From: Patescibacteria group bacterium
GTDB taxonomy: Bacteria > Patescibacteriota > Minisyncoccia > Ryanbacterales > GWA2-47-10b
Reading direction: 5' to 3'
Assembly (NCBI GenBank): GCA_038064855.1
Contig: JBBTSE010000002.1
Location: forward strand, 8,530 to 72,529
DNA length: 64,000 nucleotides
Below are positions 1-9,378 of the stretch, one piece after another; position 1 is the stretch's first letter, and every line of letters begins with the position of its first letter. The translations under genes and the position numbers were made by a program. The notes beneath the pieces are model-generated. The model did no database searches, had not been told where the DNA came from, and saw only the letters and a list, made by a program, of their open reading frames with translations.

Positions 1-1892
1 AGGCCCGGGGCGAGAGTCCCGAGCACCACGAGCGCCGAGCCCACGCCTACGCCGAGGCCAAGGGCTGGCAGGTCCGCGAGGTCTACCACCTCGAAGCGGT
101 GAGCGGGAAGTCGGTCCTCGGGCACCCGGAGGCCGAACGGATGCTCAAAGACGTCCGGGAAGGCCGGATCACCGGGCTCATCTTCTCGAAGCTCGCGCGC
201 AACACCCGAGAACTCCTTGATCTCGCCGATCGCTTCCGCGAGTACGAGGCCGATCTCATCTCGCTCCAGGAGTCGATCGACACCTCGAGCCCCGCGGGCC
301 GGCTCTTCTACACGATGATCGCGGCCATGGCGCAGTGGGAGCGGGAGGAGATCGCAGAACGCGTCGCGGCCTCGGTTCCGATCCGGGCCAAGCTCGGCAA
401 GCCGCTCGGAGGAGCGGCTCCGTTCGGCTACCGCTGGGAGGCCCGAGAACTCGTCCCGGCCCCGAACGAGGCTCCAATCAGGAAGCTCCTCTACGACCTC
501 TTCCTTGAGCATCGGCGGAAGAAGACGGTCGCTCGGCTGTTGAACGACGCCGGCCACCGAACCCGCAACGGATCGAAGTGGACGGACACGACCGTCGACC
601 GTCTGTTGCGTGATCCCACGGCCAAGGGTCTTCGAAAAGCCAACTACACCCGCAGCACCGGCGACAAGAAGCACTGGGTGCTCAAGCCCGAGGCGGACTG
701 GGTCTTCTCCGAGGTGGAGGCGATCGTCTCGGAGGAGATCTGGGAGCGGGCGAACGCCATCCTCGATGCGCGGCGAAAGACCGGAAAGGGACCTGCTCGG
801 CGAACCGTCCACCTCTTCGCGGGTCTCGTCTTCTGCCACTGCGGCGGGAAGATGTCCGTTCCCTCTAACTCCCCCAAGTACATCTGCCCGAAGTGCCGCA
901 ACAAGATCCCAACCGACGACCTCGAAGCCGTCTTCCGGGAGCAGCTCAAGGCGTTCGTCTTCTCGCCCGGCGACATTGCCGAGTACCTCACCCAGGCCGA
1001 TGAGGAGATGAAGAAGAAGGAGGATCTCCTGGGAGTCCTGGAGGGTGAGCGCGGCAAGCTCACCCGAGAGATGGACCGGGTGATGCAGCTCTACCTCTCG
1101 GACCAGATCTCGAAGGATGGCTTCGGCCGGGAATACCGTCCGATGGAGGAGCGCCTTAAGCAACTCGAAGACCAGATCCCGGCTCTCCAGGGCGAGCTCG
1201 ACTTCTTCCGCATCCAGCACCTCTCTCGGGACGAGGTGGTTGTCGAATCCCAAGACCTCGCCTCGCGCTGGTCAGACCTGACGCAGGACGAGAAGCGGGA
1301 GCTGGTCGAGAACATCACCGAACGGATCACGGTCGGCACCAACGAGGTCCAGATCGAGGTGTTCCACCTCCCTTTCGTCGGTAAGACCGTGGCAGAAAGG
1401 CAACGCAGTGCCATGGCAGCGTTGCCTTCTTGCCATTGGCTCCTCAGGGGCTCGAAACCACGAGGAAAAAACTACCCCCAGACTCCCAAATCCCTCGGCG
1501 ACCACCTCAAGCGGTGCCGGCTCGATCTCGGCCTCCGGCAAGAGGATGTTGCCGCCCAGATCAGGGTGACGGCGGAGACGATCTGCCATTGGGAGCTGGG
1601 CCAGCACGAGCCACCTGTCCGCCTCATCCCGGCAATCCACACCTTCCTCGGCTTCTGTCCCATCAATCCCGCCTGGACCCTTGGCGAGCGCCTTCGGGCT
1701 GCTCGGGAGGCCCGGGGGCTTTCTCGAAGACGAGTTGCCGGGCTGGTCGGTCTCGATGAGGGGACGGTCGCGCGGGCGGAGCAGGGCATCCCAAGGATGG
1801 CGCGGCGATCGGTCACGGCCGCCAGCGCCATCTTCACCGTTGGCGGCGTAGTCAAGCTGTCCACCAAAGCGGGGGAGGATCAGAATCACTGA
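1..1892 (+). CDS. Large serine recombinase (5'-partial; resolvase catalytic domain + recombinase domain + zinc ribbon + coiled coil) fused to two C-terminal XRE-type HTH domains
   Basis: The frame is open from nt 3 with no upstream start, so the gene begins before the window. GLIFSKLARN...SLQESIDTSS...MIAAMAQWERE matches the resolvase catalytic core. CHCGG...CPKCRNKI is a zinc ribbon. The tail (LGDHLKRCRLDLGLRQEDVAAQIRVTAETICHWELG and GERLRAAREARGLSRRRVAGLVGLDEGTVARAEQG) looks like two Cro/C1-type HTH modules. Confidence 0.8.
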   Translation, partial: ARGESPEHHERRAHAYAEAKGWQVREVYHLEAVSGKSVLGHPEAERMLKDVREGRITGLIFSKLARNTRELLDLADRFREYEADLISLQESIDTSSPAGRLFYTMIAAMAQWEREEIAERVAASVPIRAKLGKPLGGAAPFGYRWEARELVPAPNEAPIRKLLYDLFLEHRRKKTVARLLNDAGHRTRNGSKWTDTTVDRLLRDPTAKGLRKANYTRSTGDKKHWVLKPEADWVFSEVEAIVSEEIWERANAILDARRKTGKGPARRTVHLFAGLVFCHCGGKMSVPSNSPKYICPKCRNKIPTDDLEAVFREQLKAFVFSPGDIAEYLTQADEEMKKKEDLLGVLEGERGKLTREMDRVMQLYLSDQISKDGFGREYRPMEERLKQLEDQIPALQGELDFFRIQHLSRDEVVVESQDLASRWSDLTQDEKRELVENITERITVGTNEVQIEVFHLPFVGKTVAERQRSAMAALPSCHWLLRGSKPRGKNYPQTPKSLGDHLKRCRLDLGLRQEDVAAQIRVTAETICHWELGQHEPPVRLIPAIHTFLGFCPINPAWTLGERLRAAREARGLSRRRVAGLVGLDEGTVARAEQGIPRMARRSVTAASAIFTVGGVVKLSTKAGEDQNH

Positions 1893-2153
1893 TCGGCATG
1901 GGCCGGATTACGCACTCGAGGGAGGGGTAGCCCCACGGCACCTCCCATGGCCAAAAGGAGGTCCTGGCGCCTCCCAGGCGTTTTCTGCCCACTCGAAAGA
2001 ACCGCGAGGACCCGTCCGTCTATCTGGCGAGTTGGCTGCCGACGGGGCAGCCTCACATGGCCGTGCGTTTGCGATGCCCTCCTGATCGGGATAGTTGCCC
2101 GTGGTCGCACGTGACAGCCTGTGCGTAGGCGGCGACGTCTCTAGGGAGGGGGC

Positions 2154-2830
2154 TCAGTGCAGATTCGTTCGCTGCCAAGCAGCTTCTTCGGTCTCCGACG
2201 GAGTTCCCCCAAAAACCACCCTCCCCTCAGCTCGGCACTCGCAAGAAAGTCTGTTGACTGCCCAAAACCCACCCTGGCACCGTTGGCGTTCACAGACGAC
2301 TGCGCGCCCCCAACCATCATGGTCGCTCACTACCCGCACAAGCCCATGCGACCTCGCGCCGGCCATGGAATCGCCAGCGTCCTCGACGCACAGATTCAGA
2401 CCCGCGAGGGGGCGGGACAGGAGCTCGCGCAGCTTCTCGGCCGAGAGAGCGACGAAGCGCCGGGAGACGGTCGAGTGCGACACCGAACGCTCCGCCTCGC
2501 TCTTGGGCAGGACCTCGAGGGTGTCGGCGTAGCCCCGGGCGGACACGCCGCGCGAGACGGCGGCCAGGGGGTGGCGATCGAGGGGATCGCGCGAGGCGGC
2601 GAAGGCGAAGCTCGGCAGGGCGAGTTCGTGGCCGTCGACGGAGCGAGCCCGGAGCCGGCGCAGTGGGATCCGGCGGCCACCGAGAGTGACCTCGCTCGTC
2701 TTCGTACCGGCGCGGATGGCCGTGCAGCCGGGGTTGGGCAGCCACTTGGGGCCGCACAACTCGGGCGCTCGCCCTCCATCATCGCCGAGATGACCTGGCG
2801 ACCCGTCTTCCCGGACGTCCTCAGTATGTG
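2154..2830 (-). pseudogene. IS256/mutator-family transposase N-terminal fragment (degraded; DDE domain missing)
   Basis: The minus-strand translation ...IPLRRLRARS...GVSARGYADTLEVLPKSEAERSVSHSTVSRRFVALSAEKLRELLSRPLAGL... parallels the mutator-transposase N-region (IPKLRQGSYFPDW...GVSTRR...LSKSQVS...RPLD). Similarity then decays and the ORF stops after about 200 aa. Confidence 0.4.
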
Positions 2831-2962
2831 ATATCCTATGATTGACGGTTCCTTGACTACCCCGCCACCCATGGCGATCCCCATTCGGGGAGCCATGTGC
2901 TTTGCCTTGTACTGTGTCCCTCAAGCGAATCGCCGAAATTGCCGACGAGAAGGAGAGAGGTA

Positions 2963-3493
2963 ATGGGATCTTTGGCACTCCTCGCGCTACTTGCCTTCAT
3001 CCTCGCTGTCTACACGATCATTCGATATTGGGTTCTTGTGTACGCTCCCTCAGTTAAACATCTCGACTATGAGGATGCGTCGGATCATGTAAGGGACTTG
3101 ATCAAGGATATTGACGCCGCAAAATCCTCCATAACGATTCGTTGCCGTCGGTGTGACGTCGGAAACGCCAGCGCTGACCTTCAGGAGGAGTTTGTTAACG
3201 CAGCGCGACGCGCCGCAAAGAAAGGCGTCAAGAAGATCACCGTAGTTTGCGAGCAATTCCCCGAGTCGGAAGACCACATCATCAACCGGCTCGCTGCCGA
3301 AGGGATCGTCAAGCTAGAACAAGGGAACGTTCTAGTCTATGCGCGAGTTGTTGATGAGCGCACCGTAGTGACTGAGACCAATGCCAATTCTACCAACGCG
3401 CAACAGACGAGAGCTCTTGCGCCAGCTGGTTCCTGGGTCCGCGTTCGCCATGCGAGCAAGGCTCTCTTGGCAGACCTCCAGAAGGCCGCATAG
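2963..3493 (+). CDS. Hypothetical membrane-anchored protein
   Basis: ATG preceded by RBS gaaggagagagg. The N-terminal helix is MGSLALLALLAFILAVYTIIRYWVLVY. Local GC is lower (about 50%). Confidence 0.5.
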   Translation: MGSLALLALLAFILAVYTIIRYWVLVYAPSVKHLDYEDASDHVRDLIKDIDAAKSSITIRCRRCDVGNASADLQEEFVNAARRAAKKGVKKITVVCEQFPESEDHIINRLAAEGIVKLEQGNVLVYARVVDERTVVTETNANSTNAQQTRALAPAGSWVRVRHASKALLADLQKAA

Positions 3494-3560
3494 CGCGTCT
3501 CTGACTTTGGAAGTTCCTTCTGGATCCTGCTAGGTTCTCTGAGAAGGAGACCACCGGGAC

Positions 3561-4355
3561 GTGTCCACTGCTTGCGAAACCCATACGCTCTCTTGGGCGT
3601 ACTATTGTGTTTTCCCCGCGAAAGCAGCGACCGCGAGTGACTGTTTGCTTGGCGTAAATCCCCATCCCGGAATCACCTCAGCTGGATTCATCGATATTCG
3701 CACATGTCCCGATATCGAAACACAGTACTTCCTGCTGATAGCTCTTAGCATTGCGGCACTGAGCTATTTTCAGAGCATCATCAACGCACTCCCCGGCACG
3801 GTTGCAGGCATCGAAGAACGCGACGCTCTAACACCTGTATATACGAGTTTCGCGTTCGTAGGTACTGCGCCTCTTGTGCTGTTCGGGCTTGCGGGGATCT
3901 TTGCTGTCGTACCGTGGTGGTGGCATTTCGTCTGGGGGCTGTGGCTAGTGTTACTGCCCCTCTTTTTTTTGCGGGCGCAGGTTTTTGTGCGACGAGCGGT
4001 AGGGTCGCTTCGTGTCAGAGAGAGCTTGAGTCAGCTGAGAGCGCGACGAATTGCAAATCATGGCAACGCCGCAATTTGCCAAGCGATCGCCCGCCGCGCG
4101 GTCGTTGAGTTTACCTATGACGGGGCAACGCGAATCGTCGAACCTCACGCCCACGGCAGAAGTATCGAGGGAAACGAGGTCATGCGAGGTTTTCAGACAT
4201 CTGACCCAAGTCAGTCGGACGGGTCGATCGCTTGGGGACTCTACGAAGTGTCGAAAATCTCCGGCCTACGGGAGACCGGGGCAACATTTTCCAGTAATCG
4301 CTCCAATTACAATCCGAACGAGGAAGGAATGGGTGTCATCCATTGTCACGTCTAA
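3561..4355 (+). CDS. Hypothetical polytopic membrane protein with possible C-terminal WYL-like beta-barrel domain
   Basis: Several hydrophobic helices are present. The C-terminal segment VEFTYDGATRIVEPHAHGRSIEGNEVMRGFQ...WGLYEVSKISGLRET resembles the WYL pattern. The start codon within the ORF is uncertain. Confidence 0.45.
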   Translation: MSTACETHTLSWAYYCVFPAKAATASDCLLGVNPHPGITSAGFIDIRTCPDIETQYFLLIALSIAALSYFQSIINALPGTVAGIEERDALTPVYTSFAFVGTAPLVLFGLAGIFAVVPWWWHFVWGLWLVLLPLFFLRAQVFVRRAVGSLRVRESLSQLRARRIANHGNAAICQAIARRAVVEFTYDGATRIVEPHAHGRSIEGNEVMRGFQTSDPSQSDGSIAWGLYEVSKISGLRETGATFSSNRSNYNPNEEGMGVIHCHV

Positions 4356-4382
4356 CAGCGACCGCAACGGTCTTCTCTCGCG

Positions 4383-4478
4383 AATAGAATAGAGCCAGCT
4401 CCAAGTGGAGCTGGCTCGTGGCATTTCAGAGCTATCCCGATTCCACGAACGAGAAACGAGATGTAGCGGCCGCTGTTG
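4383..4478. repeat. Direct repeat copy A: hairpin GAGCCAGCTCCAAGTGGAGCTGGCTC plus a frameshifted remnant of the radC 3' end
   Basis: About 75% identical to 17990-18080. Both contain gagccagctcc...ggagctggctcgt...tttcaga.c..tcccg.ttccacgaacgaga...tagcgg. Confidence 0.7.
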
Positions 4479-4977
4479 GTGCCAGGCAACGCCTCCACAG
4501 CTACACGGGCTCCACTACCAGTGGACGCGCAAGGTCCAGGGCAAGACCGTCGCGCTCCGCATCACGCCTGTCGATGATCTCCTGAATCCGGAGGATCGAT
4601 GCACCGAGGGACGAAGCAAGCGGCTCCGAGTCGAACCAATCCCGGGGATCCAGGCGAGCCGGTCGTTCGAGGTGTCGCGATACCACCGCACACGCATAGT
4701 GGGATCACGAGTAACAGCTGCTCGGATGTGCGGTGGGTCGATGACAATAGCGGCGGATCAGACCACTACGTGTGCGGTGCGAGCCATACTCATGCGGTTG
4801 CCGTCGGTCCGGCGAGCGTTGGGGCGATCACCGGAGCCACGTCCTCTGCCGACAGCCGCCCGGAATTCGTGACCATCGCGCTCTGCCGAAAGAACTGACG
4901 GAGGAGTAGAGAGCAGGGTCACAACCCTGCTCTCTACTCCTCGCAGCCGCGAATGGAACAACGTCGGTGAGATCCAG

Positions 4978-7900
4978 CTACAGAACGTCCGTGGCCCTGC
5001 GGACACGTCGAGCGCCCTTTGCAAGTATGCGCGACACGGCCTCTACCCTGGCGCGGGAGTCGCTCGCGGTGGGTGCCCGGTAGTTGACGCGCACTTTGTA
5101 GCCGCGAACGGTCGCTGGTGTACCGGCTTCCGCCTCCTCGGTGTCGAGATGCACTATCAGCCCTTCCGGCGAGCAGACGGTGACGCGGGCTAGGCTCTCT
5201 GACGCAAGCGACGACTGGACTGCTCGTGAAAGGTCACGCAGCGCCGACTTCTCTCGCGCGACGGCGATCACTCGGTCGAAGCCGGCGGCAAGGCACTTCT
5301 GGATGTTCGCAAGCTCATGCTCGGGGTTGGTCGAGATTGAGATCTCGCAGGCGATGCGCTTTCCGTCACGCGAGAGCGCTACGTCGACTCGGCCCGCGCC
5401 ATCGAGGACGTCTTTCTCGATGGTCGCCTTCCAGCCGCGGTCCTCGGCAAGTCGCTTGATGAGGTGTTGGAGGTACTTGTGTTCGGCTCCGCCTCTGCCG
5501 GACGCCGGTGCGGCGGGTGACGTCGTCGCTGCAGGCGGACGTCGCGATGGCGGCGGTGTTGCCCTTGGCGGTAGGCAAGAGGTTGCAGGGACGGGGTGCT
5601 CCGCCACTACTGGCTCCATAGCCGCGATCGGGGTGTCGATCGTCGTTGGCCGCGGCTGCTCAACGTCGGTAGCCGCACGTTTGACTCCGAGCCCCGGCTC
5701 GACCGCTTCTCGCGGCCTCGCGTAGCTCTCGCGCGAAAGCCGGACAATCTCGTCCACCCGGGACCGAGCCTCGGAGGGATCGACCGCCTCGATCGGGAAC
5801 GTTCGCAAGTTGAAGTCCTGGTCACTGCGCTCAAGCCGGCAAATCGCCTCGCCCACGGCGAGGGACTGGAGATCGTTGGCATCGAACGAAGAGAATCCGT
5901 GCGCAAGCAGCCGCGCGTCCTGATCGCCGACGCGAAAGCAGATCCGGGTGGCGGGGTTGGTGAGCACAGCACTCGAAAGCCGTCCGTCCTGGTCTTGGAG
6001 TTGCCGCGTGTCTTGGTGCGCGAGCACCAGACCGAGATGGTACTTGCGAGCTTCGGCAAGGAGAGCGGCTACCGACGGGGTGGCAAAGTTCTGGAACTCG
6101 TCGATATAGAGGTGGAAGTCGGGCCGCTCGCTCTCGGCGAGCTGCTGGCGCGAGAGCGCAGCCTGATGGAATTTGGAGACAAGAAGCGCACCCAAGAGGT
6201 GCGCGTTTTCGTGTCCGATGATGCCCTGCGAGAGCTTGGCGAGGAAGATCTTCCGGCTGTCCATGAGTGACCGGAGGTCGAGCGTGCCTCGGCGCTGACC
6301 GACCATGAGCCGGATGAGCTTCGGGCGCAGGAACGCATCGAGTCGCGTCAAGATCGAGGCCGACGGATTGCCTTTGAGGAGCGGGTACTCCTTTTCGAAG
6401 TAGTAGACGACCTCCGCGTCCCGGACGCTCGCAAGGAACTCCTTCCGGAATGCCGGATCGACGAGGAACTTCCGGAGATCGAGGAGCGACCCGCCGGCGT
6501 CACTCTCGAGGAACGCGAGGATCGCGTTCCCCAAGATGGACGTCATCTGGTCCCCCCAGGATGTCGCGAATCTCCGGAAGATCGCGACGAGATCAGAGGA
6601 CAAAAGGTTCTTCTCGACCTCGGAGTGCGCTTCGAGCACGTTGAACCCGACCGGGTACTCCTCATCGGACGGATCGAGGATCGCAACGTCCGAGAACCGT
6701 TTCTCGGGAATCCGAGCAAGCACTTCGTCGATGAGGTCTCCGTGCGGGTCGAGCACCCCGACGCCGTCGCCGTTCTCGATGTCCTGCAGGATCATCCGGA
6801 GGAGCAGCGTGGATTTTCCGGTCCCTGATGCCCCGACCACGTAGGTGTGGCGCATCCGGAGATCAGGATCGATCGTGACCGTCCTGGTCTTCCCGCGATG
6901 CGTGTTCTCGCCAAGGACAACGCCCTTCCGCGAAGCTCCGGCCGCCGCTCTCGTGGTCCGTGCTTCCCGAGCGAGGCTCTCGGAGCGCACGGACACCGAC
7001 GGAAGGTGGACGAGCGAGACGACTTCATCACTCGAAAGGAGCATGCCTGACCGGTGCGTGCGCCGAGCGAGGAGATCTTCCTCGTGAAGGTCGTCCGGAT
7101 AGTCGTCGTTGGAAAGCGGGATCAGCTCATTGCCGCCGGGGTTCGCAAACTGCCCAAGGCTTCCGCCGAGCGTCCTGACCAATGACCATGCGCGTTCACG
7201 ATCGGGGCAGCGTGCGGCGACACGCACCACAGCAGCGAAGAAAGGATGCGCGATTTTCTCGGCTGCCTGCGATAAAATCTCGGGAGCGTCGGCAAAGAAG
7301 CTATCCCCATCACCATCCGTGACCGCGCGAAGAACGCTCGGCGCCCACGGGTTGCGTGTCGCCTGCGAGAGCACCTGTACGAGACCGACCTCATTGTCGC
7401 GAAGGTCCCCGAGTGCTGCCACCACCGAGATCAGAGGATCGACGTCGAAGTCCTTGGCAATCTTGAGCGGGAGCATGAACTCACGCGACAGCCCGAAGTC
7501 GACCACGAGGCCGTGCCCGTCATCCGCGCAGCTCCAGAGATCGCGAAGCGACTCGGTCGCTGGAACGATGCCCGTCTCGGGGAAGTAGGCACCGAGCGCA
7601 CGCCGGATATCCGCGGAGTCGGACGCACGACACGCGAGCGTGACTCGCACCTCGCCCGATCGGCCAGTTAGCTCGAAGGAGACCGGGTGCTCGACCGGCG
7701 AGAGCGCCAACAGAAACCGCTCGGCGCGCTCCTTGGTGACCTTCAGATCGCCGGGCAGCGTGATCGTGTGCTCGACGATCTCATCACCGAGCCGATCTTC
7801 GAGGGGAAGCGGTTCGTCATCGACCTCGCTTTGGAGGTGCCCGGCCTCGTTCGCCCGAGCGCTCGACCCGCGAAGGCGCTCCACCCAGCGGCTCAAGCGC

Positions 7901-8067
7901 GTGTGCTTGCGTCCATCGTCGCGCTGGCCCTGTCGTGGAGGCAGCGTGTGGCCGAAGAACGGCCGGAACGGAGGCTCGACGACGACCGGCGCATCCCACA
8001 CCTGCCAACCCCGACCGCGGATCTCCCAGCGGTAGAACTCCTGGGTGAGATGCTCCTCGACCGTCAC
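4978..8067 (-). CDS. Giant TraD/TrwB/VirD4-like (FtsK-HerA superfamily) P-loop ATPase with long N-terminal extension and a C-terminal restriction-endonuclease-like domain
   Basis: Walker A YVVGASGTGKSTLLL followed by DPHGDL; Walker B HLYIDEFQNFA; LVLAHQ motif. Pro/Ser-rich linker, then a C-terminal region (HKYLQHLIKRL...GRVDVALSRDGKRIACEISIS...FDRVIAV) with a PD-(D/E)xK-like pattern. It is the last gene of a five-gene operon. Confidence 0.8.
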   Translation of the reverse strand: MTVEEHLTQEFYRWEIRGRGWQVWDAPVVVEPPFRPFFGHTLPPRQGQRDDGRKHTRLSRWVERLRGSSARANEAGHLQSEVDDEPLPLEDRLGDEIVEHTITLPGDLKVTKERAERFLLALSPVEHPVSFELTGRSGEVRVTLACRASDSADIRRALGAYFPETGIVPATESLRDLWSCADDGHGLVVDFGLSREFMLPLKIAKDFDVDPLISVVAALGDLRDNEVGLVQVLSQATRNPWAPSVLRAVTDGDGDSFFADAPEILSQAAEKIAHPFFAAVVRVAARCPDRERAWSLVRTLGGSLGQFANPGGNELIPLSNDDYPDDLHEEDLLARRTHRSGMLLSSDEVVSLVHLPSVSVRSESLAREARTTRAAAGASRKGVVLGENTHRGKTRTVTIDPDLRMRHTYVVGASGTGKSTLLLRMILQDIENGDGVGVLDPHGDLIDEVLARIPEKRFSDVAILDPSDEEYPVGFNVLEAHSEVEKNLLSSDLVAIFRRFATSWGDQMTSILGNAILAFLESDAGGSLLDLRKFLVDPAFRKEFLASVRDAEVVYYFEKEYPLLKGNPSASILTRLDAFLRPKLIRLMVGQRRGTLDLRSLMDSRKIFLAKLSQGIIGHENAHLLGALLVSKFHQAALSRQQLAESERPDFHLYIDEFQNFATPSVAALLAEARKYHLGLVLAHQDTRQLQDQDGRLSSAVLTNPATRICFRVGDQDARLLAHGFSSFDANDLQSLAVGEAICRLERSDQDFNLRTFPIEAVDPSEARSRVDEIVRLSRESYARPREAVEPGLGVKRAATDVEQPRPTTIDTPIAAMEPVVAEHPVPATSCLPPRATPPPSRRPPAATTSPAAPASGRGGAEHKYLQHLIKRLAEDRGWKATIEKDVLDGAGRVDVALSRDGKRIACEISISTNPEHELANIQKCLAAGFDRVIAVAREKSALRDLSRAVQSSLASESLARVTVCSPEGLIVHLDTEEAEAGTPATVRGYKVRVNYRAPTASDSRARVEAVSRILAKGARRVRRATDVL

Positions 8068-8106
8068 GGCGAAGTCGATCTCACAGCGTGCTGGTGATCG
8101 GCAAGG

Positions 8107-8763
8107 CTACTTGTAGAACTCCCGCAAGACGGGCTTGCGTTCGAGCTCGGAGAGCGGCCGGAGACCCTTGGCCTGGGTTAAAGCGTCGATCACTTCCAAG
8201 ACGGCGCCATGCACCGCCTCCTGGAACATGAGCGTGGTGTCGATGCGAAAGTAGGTGAGCGGCCGGAAGAGGCGTTCGAACACCCAGCCGACCACCGGGA
8301 TCACGACGATGTAGACTTCCTTGCCGCTCTCGGAGAGCAGAACACCGACGATTCCCAGGCCGATCACGACAGCCAGAACTGAGACGAGCAGTCCCACGCC
8401 CATGCCGAGCTGAGAGCCGATCAGATTCCAGGCCACCATGAAGCCGATGACGGCTGCTGCGGTGGGCAGAACCGGCGACGGCCGCGGTTCCCCCAACCAC
8501 GTCGAGACGAAGAAGCTGTTGCCGAACGGTGCCGCGCAGATGTCAAAGCTGTGCCTGCCACGCGAAACCCGCAGGTACTCGCGCTTCGCGGACAGCAGAC
8601 CACCCTCTTGCCAGTCGATACGCGAAGGCTTTCCGTCGGGAACCTGACGCTTCTCGATCGCCTTCTCGACCGCGGTGTAGAACTCGAGCGACGAGGTCTC
8701 GAGATTCTCAATGAGCCGATGCCAATGGGAGATGATTGCAGCGGTGGGTATGGATCTCGGCAT
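8107..8763 (-). CDS. Hypothetical membrane protein (operon partner of the ATPase)
   Basis: Two central transmembrane helices (AAVIGFMVAWNLIG..., GLLVSVLAVVIGLGIVGVLL). Six-bp gap to the upstream gene and 40 bp to the ATPase gene. Start could be 8790 or 8763 (GGGGTGA RBS). Confidence 0.55.
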   Translation of the reverse strand: MPRSIPTAAIISHWHRLIENLETSSLEFYTAVEKAIEKRQVPDGKPSRIDWQEGGLLSAKREYLRVSRGRHSFDICAAPFGNSFFVSTWLGEPRPSPVLPTAAAVIGFMVAWNLIGSQLGMGVGLLVSVLAVVIGLGIVGVLLSESGKEVYIVVIPVVGWVFERLFRPLTYFRIDTTLMFQEAVHGAVLEVIDALTQAKGLRPLSELERKPVLREFYK

Positions 8764-8795
8764 GGCTTCACCCCTTGCTCCGGGGGTCACTCACA

Positions 8796-9359
8796 TCAAG
8801 GCTCTTGGTCCTTGTGCCGCGCGACACCCTCGTTGTGGTAGGCGAAGCCGGAGTAGGAGCCGTAGGGCGAGGAAAGCGTTCCAGTCCCGTCGGTGGACTC
8901 GGTTCGCGAATGGTCCTCGGTGAGCATACCGGCGAGAGTCCGGTCACGCCGGTGGTAGTTGGTCAGACCACGACGCTCGATGGTGTACTCGTAGACAAAG
9001 CGGTTGGTTGTGAAGCGAATCACCTTGCCGGCGTGGACCACTGCGTCATCCGTAAACTCGCCGCAATCTTTCGTATCTTGACTACACGGACCGCTCGGTG
9101 TGACGCAGGTCGTGATGGTCAAGCAGTAGCCCGCGATGATTGACTCTACGATCTCTGGCTTGCCGCCATCGCGCTCGACGGTTCTCCTCTTCGTTTTCCA
9201 AACCGAGAACGACATCCCCGTGTCCGCGTCGATGAGCTGGAACATGTTCGCGTTGAAGAACACGGTTCTTGAGGAGAAGCTCGAGGCCAGGGCAGGTGAT
9301 GCGATACCCGTAGCGACCGCTCCAATAAGTACAACTGTCGCTGCGGTCTTGTTCACCAT
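8796..9359 (-). CDS. Secreted hypothetical protein (signal peptide)
   Basis: The N-terminus MVNKTAATVVLIGAVATGIASPALA looks like a Sec signal. The gene is tightly packed in the operon. Confidence 0.55.
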   Translation of the reverse strand: MVNKTAATVVLIGAVATGIASPALASSFSSRTVFFNANMFQLIDADTGMSFSVWKTKRRTVERDGGKPEIVESIIAGYCLTITTCVTPSGPCSQDTKDCGEFTDDAVVHAGKVIRFTTNRFVYEYTIERRGLTNYHRRDRTLAGMLTEDHSRTESTDGTGTLSSPYGSYSGFAYHNEGVARHKDQEP

Positions 9360-9378
9360 ACGAGCGTCCAGCCCAGAG

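Noticed and set aside
2157-2831. 224-aa plus-strand ORF
   Set aside because: The opposite strand carries recognisable mutator-transposase similarity. This ORF is Ala/Gly/Arg-rich with no motifs.
5141-7588. Multiple plus-strand ORFs (5141-5725, 5596-6270, 7109-7588 and others) opposite the giant ATPase gene
   Set aside because: They are antisense to a strongly supported coding sequence in >65% GC DNA, where long spurious ORFs are expected. The products are low-complexity Arg/Ser/Pro-rich.
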